Of a stretch of DNA of 64,000 nt, positions 30,454-42,400 are shown piece after piece. Positions within the stretch are counted from its first letter, which is position 1, and each line of letters starts with the position of its first letter. The notes under the pieces are model-generated. The model worked only from the letters and a program-made list of their open reading frames with translations. It ran no database searches and was not told the origin of the DNA. Position numbers and translations under genes: made by a program. The stretch is taken from the NCBI GenBank assembly GCA_963665665.1, contig OY762428.1, forward strand, positions 3,456,001 to 3,520,000, in the 5' to 3' direction. The stretch is from Candidatus Kapaibacterium sp. Its GTDB lineage: Bacteria; Bacteroidota; Ignavibacteria; Kapaibacteriales; UBA2268.

Positions 30454-32802
30454 TCAAAATTTAAAACTTAGTCCGAGAGTAGGTATTATCGGGAATAGTG
30501 TGAGTTGTTTTAACTTTTTAACATCTTTCCAAACCAATATTCCGGTATCAGGGTCTTCAACTTCCTCGTAGTCATAATCAATATACCAGGTAAATGGATT
30601 TCGGTTATTATATGCATTATAGATATTGATTGAAAGGGTGAAGGGGAGGCCAAACCACTTGTAATTATACATAAAATTCAAATCCAGCCTGTGGTAGGCC
30701 GGGAGCCTGAATGCATTCCTGTCAGTATAAAGCGTTCCCTCGGAAGACCAGTAGTAATGGGGATCGGAATCATCATCGAACCCAACCGGATCGAACATAA
30801 ATGCAGCCGATGGCATTGTGAATGCCTGGCCGGTTCCGTACACCCAGGCTGCACCGAGTTCCCAGCTTTCGCCAAGACGGTAATTAAACGTAAGGCTTAT
30901 GTCATGCCTGCGGTCGTATCGGGGGTAGAACCATTTCGATTCGTTCAATTCGTCGAACTGTCTTTTTGTCCAGGCAAGTGTGTATCCAAGCCAGCCGGTG
31001 AAACTCCCAACCTGCTTATGAAAGAATAGCTCGAATCCGTAAGCAACCCCTTGTCCGCCAGTGAACTGTGATTCCACGGGTATTCCGAAAGTGAATTCTG
31101 CATCGTCTTTATATTCATAGAGGTTCTGCATATCTTTGTAGTAAATTTCTGCGGTAAGAAGATACTCCTCGTCGAAAAGCATGGTTTCTATTCCAAGAAC
31201 ACCCTGCCAGGACTGGCTGGGTTTTACCTTGTCATTTGAAGGAAACCAGAGGTCTGTTGGCAGGTTAATATCGTTTCTTGTCAGCAGATGCACGCATTGG
31301 TTTGCATAGGCAAGCGATGCTTTCAGGAAAACATCGCCGTTCAGTGCGTATGAAGCTGAAAGCCGTGGTTCAAGACTCAGATAATCAGCTTCCTGGAAAT
31401 AATATAGCCTAAGCCCCATGTTTGTATTCAGCCTGTCGGATATTTTCCATTCATCCTGGGCAAAAATGGCTGCTTCCAACGAGTTTATTCTTGTTTCCTT
31501 AATTTCAATAAAGTCATTGATATTTTCACTGGAATTTACTTCAGAAAGGAATCTGTGATAAGTAGCTTCGGCCCCGAATTTTAAAATATGAGATTCATCA
31601 GGAAAGTACTCGGCATTTGCTTTCAGCATAATATCTTCAATGCCGGAATTTGTTTCAAAGAAATCCCGTGAATCTTTAAAACCTGATATGAAATTATAGT
31701 CTGTGTATATCAGGGAGAAATTTGTAAACAGGGAGGGGCTTACAATATGCATCCAGCGCAGGTTAGCTGTTTTGTTTCCCCAGTCGATCGAGAAATCATC
31801 ATCTTCTTCCTCGGGGGGCGACATAACGTCCCTTCCGAAATATCCGCTGAAGAAAATATGATCGTTTTCGGATATTTTAATATTAGTTTTTGCATTAAGA
31901 TCATAGAAATAATAACCAATAGTGTTCTCAGCACCTCCAAGGGCCGTTAGAATATCAAGGTACATTCTGCGGCCTGAAACCATGAATGTGGCATCCTCGG
32001 TAATTGGCCCTTCCAGTAAAAGCCGGGATGCAATAAGGCTTACTCCGCCGGAACCGGAAATTTTTTCTTTAGTACCTTCCTTCATATTCAGGTCTATCAC
32101 GCTGGAAATCCTGCCACCGTATTCAGCCGGAAAAGCTCCTTTGATCAATCGTACATCGCGAATAGCATCGCCGTTGAAAGTACTTAGAAATCCTCCGAGA
32201 TGAGACGGGTTATACACTATTACCCCGTCAAGAAGTGTAAGGTTCTGGTCCGGGGAGCCTCCCCTGATGTATAAACCACTTGATAATTCAGTTGACTGAG
32301 AAATACCGGGCAAAAGCTGCAAAGCCCGGAAAACATCATTTTCACCGCCAATTGACGGCATTTTCATAAGGAATTCCGGTTTAACGTTTACGGTGCTAAT
32401 TGTTTTGGCGGAGCCTGTTTCACGATCTGCTGTTACTTCAACTTCTTCGGTTTTGATATCTTTTTGGTTTAATTCAATATCAAGCCTTATTGAACTACTG
32501 TCGATGAATTCGATTGATTTCTGGTATTGGCCAAATCCGATAGAACTAACTTTCAGAAAGTATTTGCCGACAGGTATATTCTGTACTGAATAAAATCCGA
32601 ACTTATTGGAATATGCTCCTCTGAATGGTGTGTTGCTATCGGGTTTATACAGGGCTACGGTTGCTCCTGTAATAGCTTCTCCGGATTTTTTGTCGCTTAC
32701 CTTACCGTTAAGAATTGTAGTTTCGGATGCAATACTAATATCAAAAATCAAATAAAAAATTGCTATGCAAATTAATAATACCCTCATTGAACCTCCGGGC
32801 AA
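30454..32802 (-). CDS. TonB-dependent receptor
   Basis: N-terminal carboxypeptidase-regulatory-like domain, IRGGSPDQN plug, C-terminal F. Confidence 0.93.
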   Translation of the reverse strand: MPGGSMRVLLICIAIFYLIFDISIASETTILNGKVSDKKSGEAITGATVALYKPDSNTPFRGAYSNKFGFYSVQNIPVGKYFLKVSSIGFGQYQKSIEFIDSSSIRLDIELNQKDIKTEEVEVTADRETGSAKTISTVNVKPEFLMKMPSIGGENDVFRALQLLPGISQSTELSSGLYIRGGSPDQNLTLLDGVIVYNPSHLGGFLSTFNGDAIRDVRLIKGAFPAEYGGRISSVIDLNMKEGTKEKISGSGGVSLIASRLLLEGPITEDATFMVSGRRMYLDILTALGGAENTIGYYFYDLNAKTNIKISENDHIFFSGYFGRDVMSPPEEEDDDFSIDWGNKTANLRWMHIVSPSLFTNFSLIYTDYNFISGFKDSRDFFETNSGIEDIMLKANAEYFPDESHILKFGAEATYHRFLSEVNSSENINDFIEIKETRINSLEAAIFAQDEWKISDRLNTNMGLRLYYFQEADYLSLEPRLSASYALNGDVFLKASLAYANQCVHLLTRNDINLPTDLWFPSNDKVKPSQSWQGVLGIETMLFDEEYLLTAEIYYKDMQNLYEYKDDAEFTFGIPVESQFTGGQGVAYGFELFFHKQVGSFTGWLGYTLAWTKRQFDELNESKWFYPRYDRRHDISLTFNYRLGESWELGAAWVYGTGQAFTMPSAAFMFDPVGFDDDSDPHYYWSSEGTLYTDRNAFRLPAYHRLDLNFMYNYKWFGLPFTLSINIYNAYNNRNPFTWYIDYDYEEVEDPDTGILVWKDVKKLKQLTLFPIIPTLGLSFKF

Positions 32803-32822
32803 TAATGTAGAAAAAGTAATTA

Positions 32823-34712
32823 CTATTTATTTGGTAAAGAAATCTCAAATACAGAACCATGACCGGGGCTGCTGCTTACTTTAATATTGCCGCCCTGTTT
32901 CCTTATAAAATCATAGCAGATCAATAGTCCGAGCCCGGTTCCGCTTTCATTATTGGTTCCCGGGGTGGATTTGTTTTTATCGATAACAAACAGCATAGAA
33001 ATTTGTTCGCTATCCATACCTATACCGGTATCAGAAATAATAATTTTCAGATGCTCTTCGCTGATATCAGAACTCAGAACAATTTTTCCGCCAGGGTTTG
33101 TGAATTTAATGGAATTAGATATAATGTTCCTGATAGCTGTCATTGTTAAGTTCACATCAATATTTATCTTTTCATTGAGAGAAATATTGTTATCAATTTT
33201 AATTTTTTTGTTATTAGCCTGCAATTTCAAAACTTCCACAGAATTGGAAACAAAGGAAGCCAGGTCTGTTTCTTCAATGTTCACTTCAATAATCCCTCTT
33301 TGCGAACGAGACCAAAGCAGCAGGTTTTCCAGGAGGTCATAAATGTTGTTTACTGATTCATGGAACATATCAATAAATTCGCGCTTGTCTTTTTCACTAA
33401 GCTCATTATAATCATTTGAAAGCATTTCGCTGCCAAGCTTCAGCCCTCCGAGCGGCCCGCGAAGGTCGTGCGCAATAATCGAGAAGAATTTATCCTTGGT
33501 TGCATTTAATTTGTTCAGTTCATCATTCTGATCAATAATTTTATTATTCTTTTCAATAATTTCATCATTGTTCTTTTTCAGAAGTTTATGTTTCCTGAAT
33601 TGCAGAATTGTAAGTACTAAAGAAAAAAGTATTATGGTAGAGAACAGAGCTGTAATATATGTGGTACGTGTTTTTTCAGCTTCAATTTCGTTTTGTTTTC
33701 GTTCCAGTTCATATTTTGCCTGTAGTTCAAGCATAATGTCCTGTTTCTGGTGGAAAAATTTATCTGTTTTCATATCAAGCGTTCGGCTGGCAAAATAGTA
33801 TGCGGAATCATATCTTTTCAGGCTGTCGTAGCACATGGTTAGAAATGAAGCTACTCCGTCGCCGTATATATCAAGGTCGTTTTCTTCAATAAAATCGAAA
33901 TTAAGCCGGCCATAATGGATTGCTTTATAAATTTTTCCCTGCATTCGGTACATATTTACAATATTATTAAGCACCATTGAATAATTATATATTTTATTAT
34001 TTTCGTCGATCAGGTTGAAAGCGTTGAATAAATGTTTTTCTGCCAGATCAAATTCCTGCCTTGATGAATAACAACTGCCGATTATATTATTCAGGCTGAG
34101 AGTGAGCTGTATGTTGTCTTCGGGGCTGAAAAGAGCCAAAGCTTTTTTCGCGTATTTTATTACTTTTAATGTGTTATCTTCATCCGGGATTTCAAAATAT
34201 ACAGCTGCATATCTGTCGTAAGTTTTGGCCAGCATCATTGAATCTTTCAATGATATGAAAAGTTTTTCGGCTTTTTTAAGCGATTTCAGGGCCAGGTCAT
34301 AATCCAGAGATGCTCTGTACGCCTCACCCAAAGCTCTGTAAATCATGGCTGTTTCAAATTTCATATCATTATCGATATAAAATTTCAGTGCTTTCTGGAA
34401 GTAATTGATCGATTGGTAGAAGTTACTTCTGATTTTCCAGTAAGTTCCGTATAAGGTGTTTATGTCTGCAATTTTTTCATGTTTATCGAATTTTTCAGCC
34501 AGTTTCAAGGCTGCATCAATTTCATTTATTGCTGTTTTATCAAGATTACCGTTTTTAATATCGGCCATTTCAATAAGCAAATCAATTTTCTTTTCAATTA
34601 TCGTGGTTCTGTTGAATTCATTTTCCAGTTCTTCAACAGTTTTTGTATCCGCAATTGAACCCGAATACATGAAAAAAATAATAATCCCGATTAAATAATA
34701 TGACTTTGCCAA
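32823..34712 (-). CDS. TPR-containing sensor histidine kinase
   Basis: TPR repeats, TM segment, FSIIAHDLRGP H-box, N/G1/G2 boxes; TTG start. Confidence 0.92.
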   Translation of the reverse strand: MAKSYYLIGIIIFFMYSGSIADTKTVEELENEFNRTTIIEKKIDLLIEMADIKNGNLDKTAINEIDAALKLAEKFDKHEKIADINTLYGTYWKIRSNFYQSINYFQKALKFYIDNDMKFETAMIYRALGEAYRASLDYDLALKSLKKAEKLFISLKDSMMLAKTYDRYAAVYFEIPDEDNTLKVIKYAKKALALFSPEDNIQLTLSLNNIIGSCYSSRQEFDLAEKHLFNAFNLIDENNKIYNYSMVLNNIVNMYRMQGKIYKAIHYGRLNFDFIEENDLDIYGDGVASFLTMCYDSLKRYDSAYYFASRTLDMKTDKFFHQKQDIMLELQAKYELERKQNEIEAEKTRTTYITALFSTIILFSLVLTILQFRKHKLLKKNNDEIIEKNNKIIDQNDELNKLNATKDKFFSIIAHDLRGPLGGLKLGSEMLSNDYNELSEKDKREFIDMFHESVNNIYDLLENLLLWSRSQRGIIEVNIEETDLASFVSNSVEVLKLQANNKKIKIDNNISLNEKINIDVNLTMTAIRNIISNSIKFTNPGGKIVLSSDISEEHLKIIISDTGIGMDSEQISMLFVIDKNKSTPGTNNESGTGLGLLICYDFIRKQGGNIKVSSSPGHGSVFEISLPNK

Positions 34713-34957
34713 ACTAATGAAATGCTCCCTATTGCTTAGACAAATAAAAGTATAGTTTATGGTGTTTATTAATCTATACTTCTTCTCTAATAAAATAAGA
34801 AAAAAATATGTAATAATATTAATTTTTCTTTTTTTTGCTACTTTTTTTTCTTTTTGTTAACAACCTGGAAATTGTGGATAACTTTCACTCTCCTTTCTAT
34901 TTCTTTTTTTATCAATTGCTTACCGGATTGCATTTTTTCACTTTTCCAACAAAGTTT

Positions 34958-35803
34958 TCAATTAACGAACCGCTGTTCGTTCATATATTTTTCAGCCGGA
35001 ATCTGGTATTCAATTCCTGCGTGCGGCCTCGTGTTGTTATACCAATCGACATAAGCCTTTATACCGCCATAGAGCTCTTTTCCGTCTTCGTAAGACTTCA
35101 GATACAGGTCTTCGTATTTAAAGCTGCGCCAGAAGCGTTCTATGTAAACATTGTCCAGTGCACGGCCTTTGCCGTCCATGCTTACCTTAACATCAGCATC
35201 CAGAATCGTTTTCACAAAATCATTGCTCGTGAACTGACTGCCCTGATCCGTGTTTGTTATTTCCGGTTTCCTGGTTTTCAAAGACCTTTTTATTGTATCT
35301 ATGCAGAACTCCTTCTCAAGGTTATTCGATAATTCCCAGTCGACGATATACCTGCTATAAACATCTATAATTGCTATAAGATACATAAATCCTTTACGCA
35401 TCGGAATATATGTTATATCCAGGCTCCAAACCTGATCCGGACGACTTATTTTCATATCCCTCAACAGGTATGGATAAATTTTGTGCTCCTTGTTCGGTTT
35501 GCTCGTGTCCGGTTGGGGATATATTGCCCGAAGTCCCAATAATTTCATTAATCGCCTGATTCGTTTATAGTTAACATGGTATCCCAAAGAACGTAAGTGT
35601 GCTGTCATTTTTCTGGCTCCATAAAATGGAGTAATCGCGAATTGTTCTTTGATCAGCTTCATATATAGAATATTTGCTTCACTTTCACCCTTGGGTTTGT
35701 AATAATAACAGCTCCTGCTAATACCCAAAAGCTCGCACTGCCGGCTTATGCTAATTTCTTTATTATCAGCATCTACCATATTTCTACGCTCTTTTTTACT
35801 CAC
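34958..35803 (-). CDS. IS3-family transposase OrfB (DDE)
   Basis: WSLDITY, NTDQGSQF and DNVYIERFWRSFKYE motifs. Confidence 0.95.
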   Translation of the reverse strand: MSKKERRNMVDADNKEISISRQCELLGISRSCYYYKPKGESEANILYMKLIKEQFAITPFYGARKMTAHLRSLGYHVNYKRIRRLMKLLGLRAIYPQPDTSKPNKEHKIYPYLLRDMKISRPDQVWSLDITYIPMRKGFMYLIAIIDVYSRYIVDWELSNNLEKEFCIDTIKRSLKTRKPEITNTDQGSQFTSNDFVKTILDADVKVSMDGKGRALDNVYIERFWRSFKYEDLYLKSYEDGKELYGGIKAYVDWYNNTRPHAGIEYQIPAEKYMNEQRFVN

Positions 35804-36083
35804 GTCCCAATTTTTTTTTTAACCAGTCTAATTCAATTTTTAGCCGGCCTATTTCTTCATATAATACTGATTCGTCTTTTTCTTTTTTATTCTTCCCTGG
35901 CCCACGCTTGTTTTCAAATACTTCCTTTTCACTTTCTTTTAAATGCTTTTTCCACATGCTTATCTGGTTTGGATGAACCCCGTACTCCGATGCCAGCTCG
36001 GTTATTGTTTTTCTCTCTTGGACTGCCTCCAGGGCTACCTGCATTTTGAATTTTGAACTGTAATTTCTTCGTTTGTTTGCCAT
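35796..36083 (-). CDS. IS3-family transposase OrfA
   Basis: HTH LASEYGVHPNQISMWKK; ELDWLKKK over an A10 slippery run (35811-35820). Confidence 0.93.
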   Translation of the reverse strand: MANKRRNYSSKFKMQVALEAVQERKTITELASEYGVHPNQISMWKKHLKESEKEVFENKRGPGKNKKEKDESVLYEEIGRLKIELDWLKKKLGRE

Positions 36084-36295
36084 TTGATGCTCCTTTTGAT
36101 TTTTTGCAAGTTAAGAATATCTTATCTTAATTCGCTGTTATTTTTGAAGGAAGCCGCTCATAATGCCTGATTTTTAAATACCAATAAATCTAAGATAATA
36201 AATTCCTGACTCATAATTTTATATTTTATTTTTCCTGTATATAATTGTTTTGCAGGATAATATTATATGCGGACTGTTAAGAAAAATATAAAATA

Positions 36296-36399
36296 TTAAC
36301 ACTATCTTAACACAAAAAATGCCATATATTTTATTTGCCTTTTAAACCCAATAAAATTAATTAATTAGGTTTGTTCTTGCCCTTTAACTTAAGATTAAC
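36296..36399 (+). promoter_or_regulatory. Two TTAAC-N6-TTAAC direct-repeat boxes upstream of the TonB receptor operon
   Basis: ttaacactatcttaac (36296-36311) and ttaacttaagattaac (36384-36399); the 11-bp period is typical of OmpR/PhoB-family sites. Confidence 0.5.
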
Positions 36400-36482
36400 A
36401 TCTCCTTTATCCCTAATTCACCCTCATAAAGCAATTTTGTACTGATGTAAAAATAAGTTTTTTAAACAATGTTTTTCGAGGA

Positions 36483-39365
36483 ATGACAATGACTAAGAAA
36501 ATCAAAAAAATCGGCTTCATCCTTACCATCTTCAGCATAATAACGGTGCTGACCGGGATTGAAGTTTTTGCTCAGAAGGGCGGTACGGAAAAAGGAATAA
36601 TTGAGGGTAAAGTTGTTGATGATAAAACGGGCGATCCGCTTATCGGAGCTCGTATAATGATAAAAGGCACAAAAAGAGGCGGCCTGAGTAAATACGACGG
36701 TTCCTATATTATTCGTAAAGTTGATGCCGGAGAATATACATTACAATTCACTTACGTTGGTTATTCAAAAGCTGAAGTAACCAATGTAGTTGTTAAAGCT
36801 GGTAAAACTACAAAAATTGATCTCTCGCTTAAAGAAGAATCAATCACATCCGACGAAGTAGTTGTTACAGCTAAAAGAGTTCAGGAAACCGGCGCGGCAC
36901 TTCTCAAAGAAAGGCAGAAAGCTGAATCAGTTTCCGATGCTATTGGCGCGGAAGAAATCTCACGCAGTGGCGGAAGTGATGCTGCCGATGCCATTAAGCA
37001 GGTAACAGGCGCTACTACTGTTGGCGGAAAATATGTGTTTATCCGCGGCCTTGGCGATCGTTACAGTTCAACTCAGCTGAACGGAGCAAACCTTCCGAGT
37101 GCTGATCCTGATAAAAAAGCTGTTCACCTTGATCTTTTCCCGACAAATCTTATTGAAAATATTACGACCATAAAAACTGCCACACCTGATAAACCTGGTG
37201 ATTTCACGGGTGGTACTGTTGATATAAAAACAAAATCCTTCCCTGACAAATTCCGTATGGGATTTTCAGCATCTTCATCGTATAATACAAATACAACTGG
37301 CGCTGATATGCTCAGCTACGCAGGCGGCGGAACAGACTGGCTTGCTATTGAAGATGGTACAAGAGATGTACCGTCAGATATTAGAAATGCCGATATTCCT
37401 TCGATTACAGATGCCCGAAGGGACAGGGATGCTGCTATGGAACTTGACAGGCTGTCAAATGCTTTCAATCCTCTGTTTGCACCGACAAATGAAATAGCCC
37501 CTGTTAACGGCGGTTTCTCTTTCAATGTTGGTGATAACATGATGGACGGTAAGCTTGGGTATCTTGCAAGCCTTAGCTACGGACGCAATTACAAATCTTA
37601 CGACAATGGTAAAATTGCAAATTATTCTCAGCCCGGAACTGAATCAAAAGAACTTGATGCTGAATATGATGCTACCCAGGTAGAAGGCATTTACGAAGTT
37701 GCATGGGGAGCAATGGCGAACATGGCATACAACTTCGATCAGAACAATGATATTTCCTTCAACTTCATATACAACAGAAGCGGTGAATCAAAATCTGTTT
37801 ACCAGGATGGCTACAGAAGATACTACGGTATAGATATGGAAACAAGAATTCTGAGCTATATCGAGAGAAGTATTTCTTCCTACCAGCTTGCAGGTGAACA
37901 TAATTTTGCTTCAATGCTTGGAAGCAAACTCGACTGGCAGGTTTCCCTGAGTGATAATATGCAGAATCAGCCTGACTTCAGAACATTCGATAATGTTTAC
38001 GAATGGGAAGAAGATGAAGAAGGCAACATGTACAAACAGTATAAACTGAATACCAGTGATAATAATGCCGTTCCTTCAAGGTATTACAGAGACCTGACAG
38101 AAGATCTTTACGGAGCAAAATGGAATCTCGAAATTCCGCTTAAAGACGTTTTCGATACTCCGCTTGATTTCAAAACAGGTATGCTTTTCAATATGAAAGA
38201 TCGTTCCTTCGCAGAAAGCAGATATGTTTTTGAGCAGGACAGGCAGACTTATTCTCTGAAATATAACGGCGACCCGAATTCCTTTATGGCTGATTCAACA
38301 GGCCTTCGCGATTGGGCAAGCCAGGGAGCTTTCAACTATTTCGGAAATTACCTTGTAGACTGGACTTCACCTGCCGGATCTTATACAGGTGAGCAGACAA
38401 TTATGGCCGGTTATGGTATGATTGACTGGTATGCAACCGATGAATTCAGGGTTGTAGGTGGCGTTCGTTATGAAACAACAGATATTGAAACAATAAGTAA
38501 AGACACTACAAAAGCTAAAGGTATTATTGACGAACAGGATGTATTGCCTTCAGTTAACTTAACATATATGCTTACTGAAAAAATGAATATAAGGGCTGCT
38601 TACGGAAAAACGATTGCGCGCCCTACATTCAGGGAGATTGCTCCTTATAATTCGGAAATGCCGATTGAACATAAAAAATTCTTAGGAAATCCTGATCTTG
38701 AAAGAACAATCATCGACAACGTTGATCTTAGGTGGGAATGGTTCGTAAATCCCGGTGAAATCCTTTCAGTTGGCGGTTTCTACAAGAGAATGGAAAATCC
38801 AATAGAGCTTGCTTATGTAAATGCAAATAATAATATCCAACCCAGGAATGTTGATGAAGCAATTATCTACGGCCTTGAGTTTGAATTCAGAAAACAACTT
38901 GATTTTGTTGACTTTCTGAAAGATGTCAGCTTTGGTATGAACCTTACACTTGTTCAGTCACAGGTTGATATTCCGGAATTCGAACTTCTGCAGCGCAGAG
39001 CTTTTGATGAAAATGCTGAATCAACAAGGGAACTTCAGGGACAGAGTCCTTATATCGTAAACCTCGACCTCTCGTATGCAAATTATGAATCAGGTACGGA
39101 TGCCAACATTCACTTCAACGTGTTTGGCAAAAGGCTTTCAGAGGTTGGCGATGGATCACCGGATTATTACGAATATCCGAAACCGGACCTGAATATTGTA
39201 TTCTCACAGAAATTCTTCGACAATTTCAAAGCTAAATTGAGCGTGAAGAATGTTCTTGATGCCAAAAACTACAAAGCTGTTGAGTTCCTTGGCAGAGAAT
39301 ATGTTTCCGAGCAATACCTCCTGGGCAGGACAATTTCACTAAGTTTATCATATTCATTAAACTAA
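36483..39365 (+). CDS. TonB-dependent receptor
   Basis: IRGLGDRY plug, ARPTFRE, GNPDL; C-terminal SLSYSLN. Confidence 0.93.
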   Translation: MTMTKKIKKIGFILTIFSIITVLTGIEVFAQKGGTEKGIIEGKVVDDKTGDPLIGARIMIKGTKRGGLSKYDGSYIIRKVDAGEYTLQFTYVGYSKAEVTNVVVKAGKTTKIDLSLKEESITSDEVVVTAKRVQETGAALLKERQKAESVSDAIGAEEISRSGGSDAADAIKQVTGATTVGGKYVFIRGLGDRYSSTQLNGANLPSADPDKKAVHLDLFPTNLIENITTIKTATPDKPGDFTGGTVDIKTKSFPDKFRMGFSASSSYNTNTTGADMLSYAGGGTDWLAIEDGTRDVPSDIRNADIPSITDARRDRDAAMELDRLSNAFNPLFAPTNEIAPVNGGFSFNVGDNMMDGKLGYLASLSYGRNYKSYDNGKIANYSQPGTESKELDAEYDATQVEGIYEVAWGAMANMAYNFDQNNDISFNFIYNRSGESKSVYQDGYRRYYGIDMETRILSYIERSISSYQLAGEHNFASMLGSKLDWQVSLSDNMQNQPDFRTFDNVYEWEEDEEGNMYKQYKLNTSDNNAVPSRYYRDLTEDLYGAKWNLEIPLKDVFDTPLDFKTGMLFNMKDRSFAESRYVFEQDRQTYSLKYNGDPNSFMADSTGLRDWASQGAFNYFGNYLVDWTSPAGSYTGEQTIMAGYGMIDWYATDEFRVVGGVRYETTDIETISKDTTKAKGIIDEQDVLPSVNLTYMLTEKMNIRAAYGKTIARPTFREIAPYNSEMPIEHKKFLGNPDLERTIIDNVDLRWEWFVNPGEILSVGGFYKRMENPIELAYVNANNNIQPRNVDEAIIYGLEFEFRKQLDFVDFLKDVSFGMNLTLVQSQVDIPEFELLQRRAFDENAESTRELQGQSPYIVNLDLSYANYESGTDANIHFNVFGKRLSEVGDGSPDYYEYPKPDLNIVFSQKFFDNFKAKLSVKNVLDAKNYKAVEFLGREYVSEQYLLGRTISLSLSYSLN

Positions 39366-39411
39366 TAGATATATGTCTTTTAAAGAATTAATTATCCGGA
39401 GGATTTTTTTG

Positions 39412-42400
39412 ATGAAAATCAAATTGTTTACCGCATTGTTCGCGATGATTGTTTTATCGCTGAATTTGACAGCAGCCGAAGTTTCAGTATTTGATGCTGA
39501 TATCAACTCGGGTGACAAGACTTACTGGACTAATGACAACGTATACGTACTTGAAGAAATGGTCTTCGTTGAAGACGGAGCAGAACTTTACATTCAGGAA
39601 GGTACAGTCATTAAAGGTAAAGAAGGACAAAAAGAAGATTCTAAAGCCCTGGTTATCTGCCGCGGCGCTAAAATCTTTGCTGAAGGTACTCCTAACAAAC
39701 CGATTATCTTCACTGCTTACGCTGATGACCCCTATTCAATGACTGATCTTCCGCTTACGGAAACAGGCCTTTGGGGCGGCGTTATCATTCTTGGTAAGTC
39801 CGTTACAAACAATACATCAGGCGAGAAAAATATCGAAGGTATCGATGAAAACGAGCCTCGCGGTAAATATGGTGTTGCAGACGGGGAAGGCGACCCGCAT
39901 GATAACTCAGGTGTTGTTCGCTACGTTTCAATCCGTCACGGCGGAACAGATATTGGCGACGGTAACGAAATCAACGGCCTTTCACTTGGCGCTGTTGGCG
40001 ACGGTACTACTATCGAATACGTTGAAGTATGGTACAACAAAGATGACGGTTTCGAATTCTTTGGCGGAACTGTAAACGCACGTTACCTTGTATCTGCTTA
40101 TAACGGCGATGATTCTTTTGATTATGACGAAGGTTTCAACGGTAAAGGCCAGTTCTGGTTCTCAATCCAGGCAGAAAACCGCGGTGGAAACGCCGGTGAA
40201 CATGATGGCGGTAACAAACCTGATGATTCTGAACCTTATGCACGTCCTGAAATTTATAACGTAACTTATATCGGTTCAGGTTTGAATTCAGAAAATACAG
40301 GCAAAGACGGATCAAAAGGTTTCCTTATCCGCGACAATGCCGGTGGAAAATACTACAACTCAATCTTCATGGATACTCCTGACCTTGGCCTTGAAGTAGA
40401 AGACCTTGAATCAGGACACGATTCACGCGAAAGACTTGAAACAGGCGATCTCGTGTTTAATAATAACATCTGGTGGAATGTTGGCGGCGAAACAACAACA
40501 GTTGAAACAATCAGCCCGGATGCAGAAAAATATTCACAGGATTTTGTAAGGTCATACCTTGCAGATGCTAATAACAATAACTGGATTGTTGATCCTCAGA
40601 TTATGAGCATCAGCAGGAATATTGCTAATCCTGATGGTGGACTTGATCCACGCCCTGCTTATGGCAGCCCTGCATTTACAAATGCTACAGCTCCTGTTCC
40701 AACCAACGGATTCTTTGAAGCAGCTGATTACATTGGCGCTTTTGGCCCCGGTAATCTTTGGATTGACCACTGGACTCTTCTTTCTCAGTCTGGTATCATG
40801 AAAGAACTTCGCAAAACAGAAGTTTCTGTATCTGATGCTGATATCAATGCCGGCGATATGGTAACATGGACTTCAGACAATGTTTACGTTCTGGATGACA
40901 TGGTATTTGTTGAAGAAGGCGCTACACTGACAATCGAGCCCGGAACAGTTATAAAAGGAAAAGACGGACAGAAAGAAGATTCAAAAGCATTGGTTATCTG
41001 CCGCGGTGCAAAGATCATGGCTGAAGGTACACCCGTACAGCCTATCATCTTTACTGCTTATGCTGACGATCCTTATTCAGTAACTGACCTTCCTTTAACT
41101 GAAACAGGCCTTTGGGGCGGCGTTCTTATTCTTGGTAAATCTATAACAAACAACGTTTCAGGCGAAAAGAATATCGAAGGTATCGATGAAAACGAACCTC
41201 GCGGAAAATATGGCGTAGCAGACGGAGCCGGCGATCCTCATGATAACTCCGGCGTATTCAAATATTGCCAGATCCGCCATGGTGGTACAGACATCGGTGA
41301 CGGTAACGAAATTAACGGCCTTTCAATGGGTGCTGTCGGCGACGGTACAGTTATTGAAAATGTTGAAGTTTGGTACAACAAAGATGACGGTTTCGAATTC
41401 TTTGGCGGTACAGTAAATACACGCTTCCTCGTTTCTGCTTTCAACGGCGATGATTCATTTGATTATGATGAAGGTTTCAGTGGCAAAGGCCAGTTCTGGT
41501 TCTCAATCCAGGCAGCCAACCGCGGTGGAAACGCCGGCGAACACGATGGTGGAAATAAACCGGATGACGCAACACCTTATGCAATTCCTTATGTATATAA
41601 TGTAACATATATCGGTTCCGGTGTAAACTCAGAAAATACAGGTAAAGACGGTTCCAAAATCTTCCTTCTTCGCGACAATGCTGGTGGTAAATACTTCAAT
41701 AATATCTTCATGGATACACCTGACCTTGGTGCTGATATCGAAGACCTTGAATCAGGCCACGATTCACGCGAAAGGCTCGAACAGGGAGACCTTAAGCTTC
41801 AGGGTAATATCTGGTGGCACATTGGCAGCGAAACAACAACTGTTGAAACAATCAGCCCGGATGCTGAAAAATATACTCAGGATTTTGTAAGGGAATATCT
41901 CTCAAATGCTGATAACAAAAACGTAATTGTTGATCCTAAACTTTATGGAATCAGCAGAAATGTTGTTACTCCTGACGGCGGACTTGATCCCAGGCCTATG
42001 ATGGAAAGCCCCGCATGGACAGCTGACAGAATGCCCGTTTACGGCGTAAATAATACATTCTTTGCTGTTGCTGAATACAATGGCGCTTTTGGACATTACA
42101 ACTGGCTCAGCGACTGGACATTCCTTTCACAGGCAGGCGTTACAGGCGGTATGGCCGGACGCAACCCGATGATTGAACTTGCAACAGGCGTTGACGAACC
42201 AACATCAGTTGAAGAACAGCCAATCGAAAACAATGGCGAAAACGGAATCAGCAACTATCCCAACCCCTTCGAAGAAACTACTGAAATTCAGTTCTACGTT
42301 TCAGAATACTCAAACGTAAAAGTTACAGTATTCAACTCAATGGGCCAGGAAGTTGAAACACTTGTTAACAAAACTCTTGCACCGGGCCTTTACGGAGCAA

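Larger units (their letters stand above)
34718..36160 (-). mobile_element. IS3-family insertion sequence, 1443 bp
   Basis: Ends read inward TGAAATGCTCCCTATTGCTTAGACA and TGAGCGGCTTCCTTCAAAAATAACA; flanked by a TAA direct repeat at 34715-34717 and 36161-36163. Confidence 0.9.
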
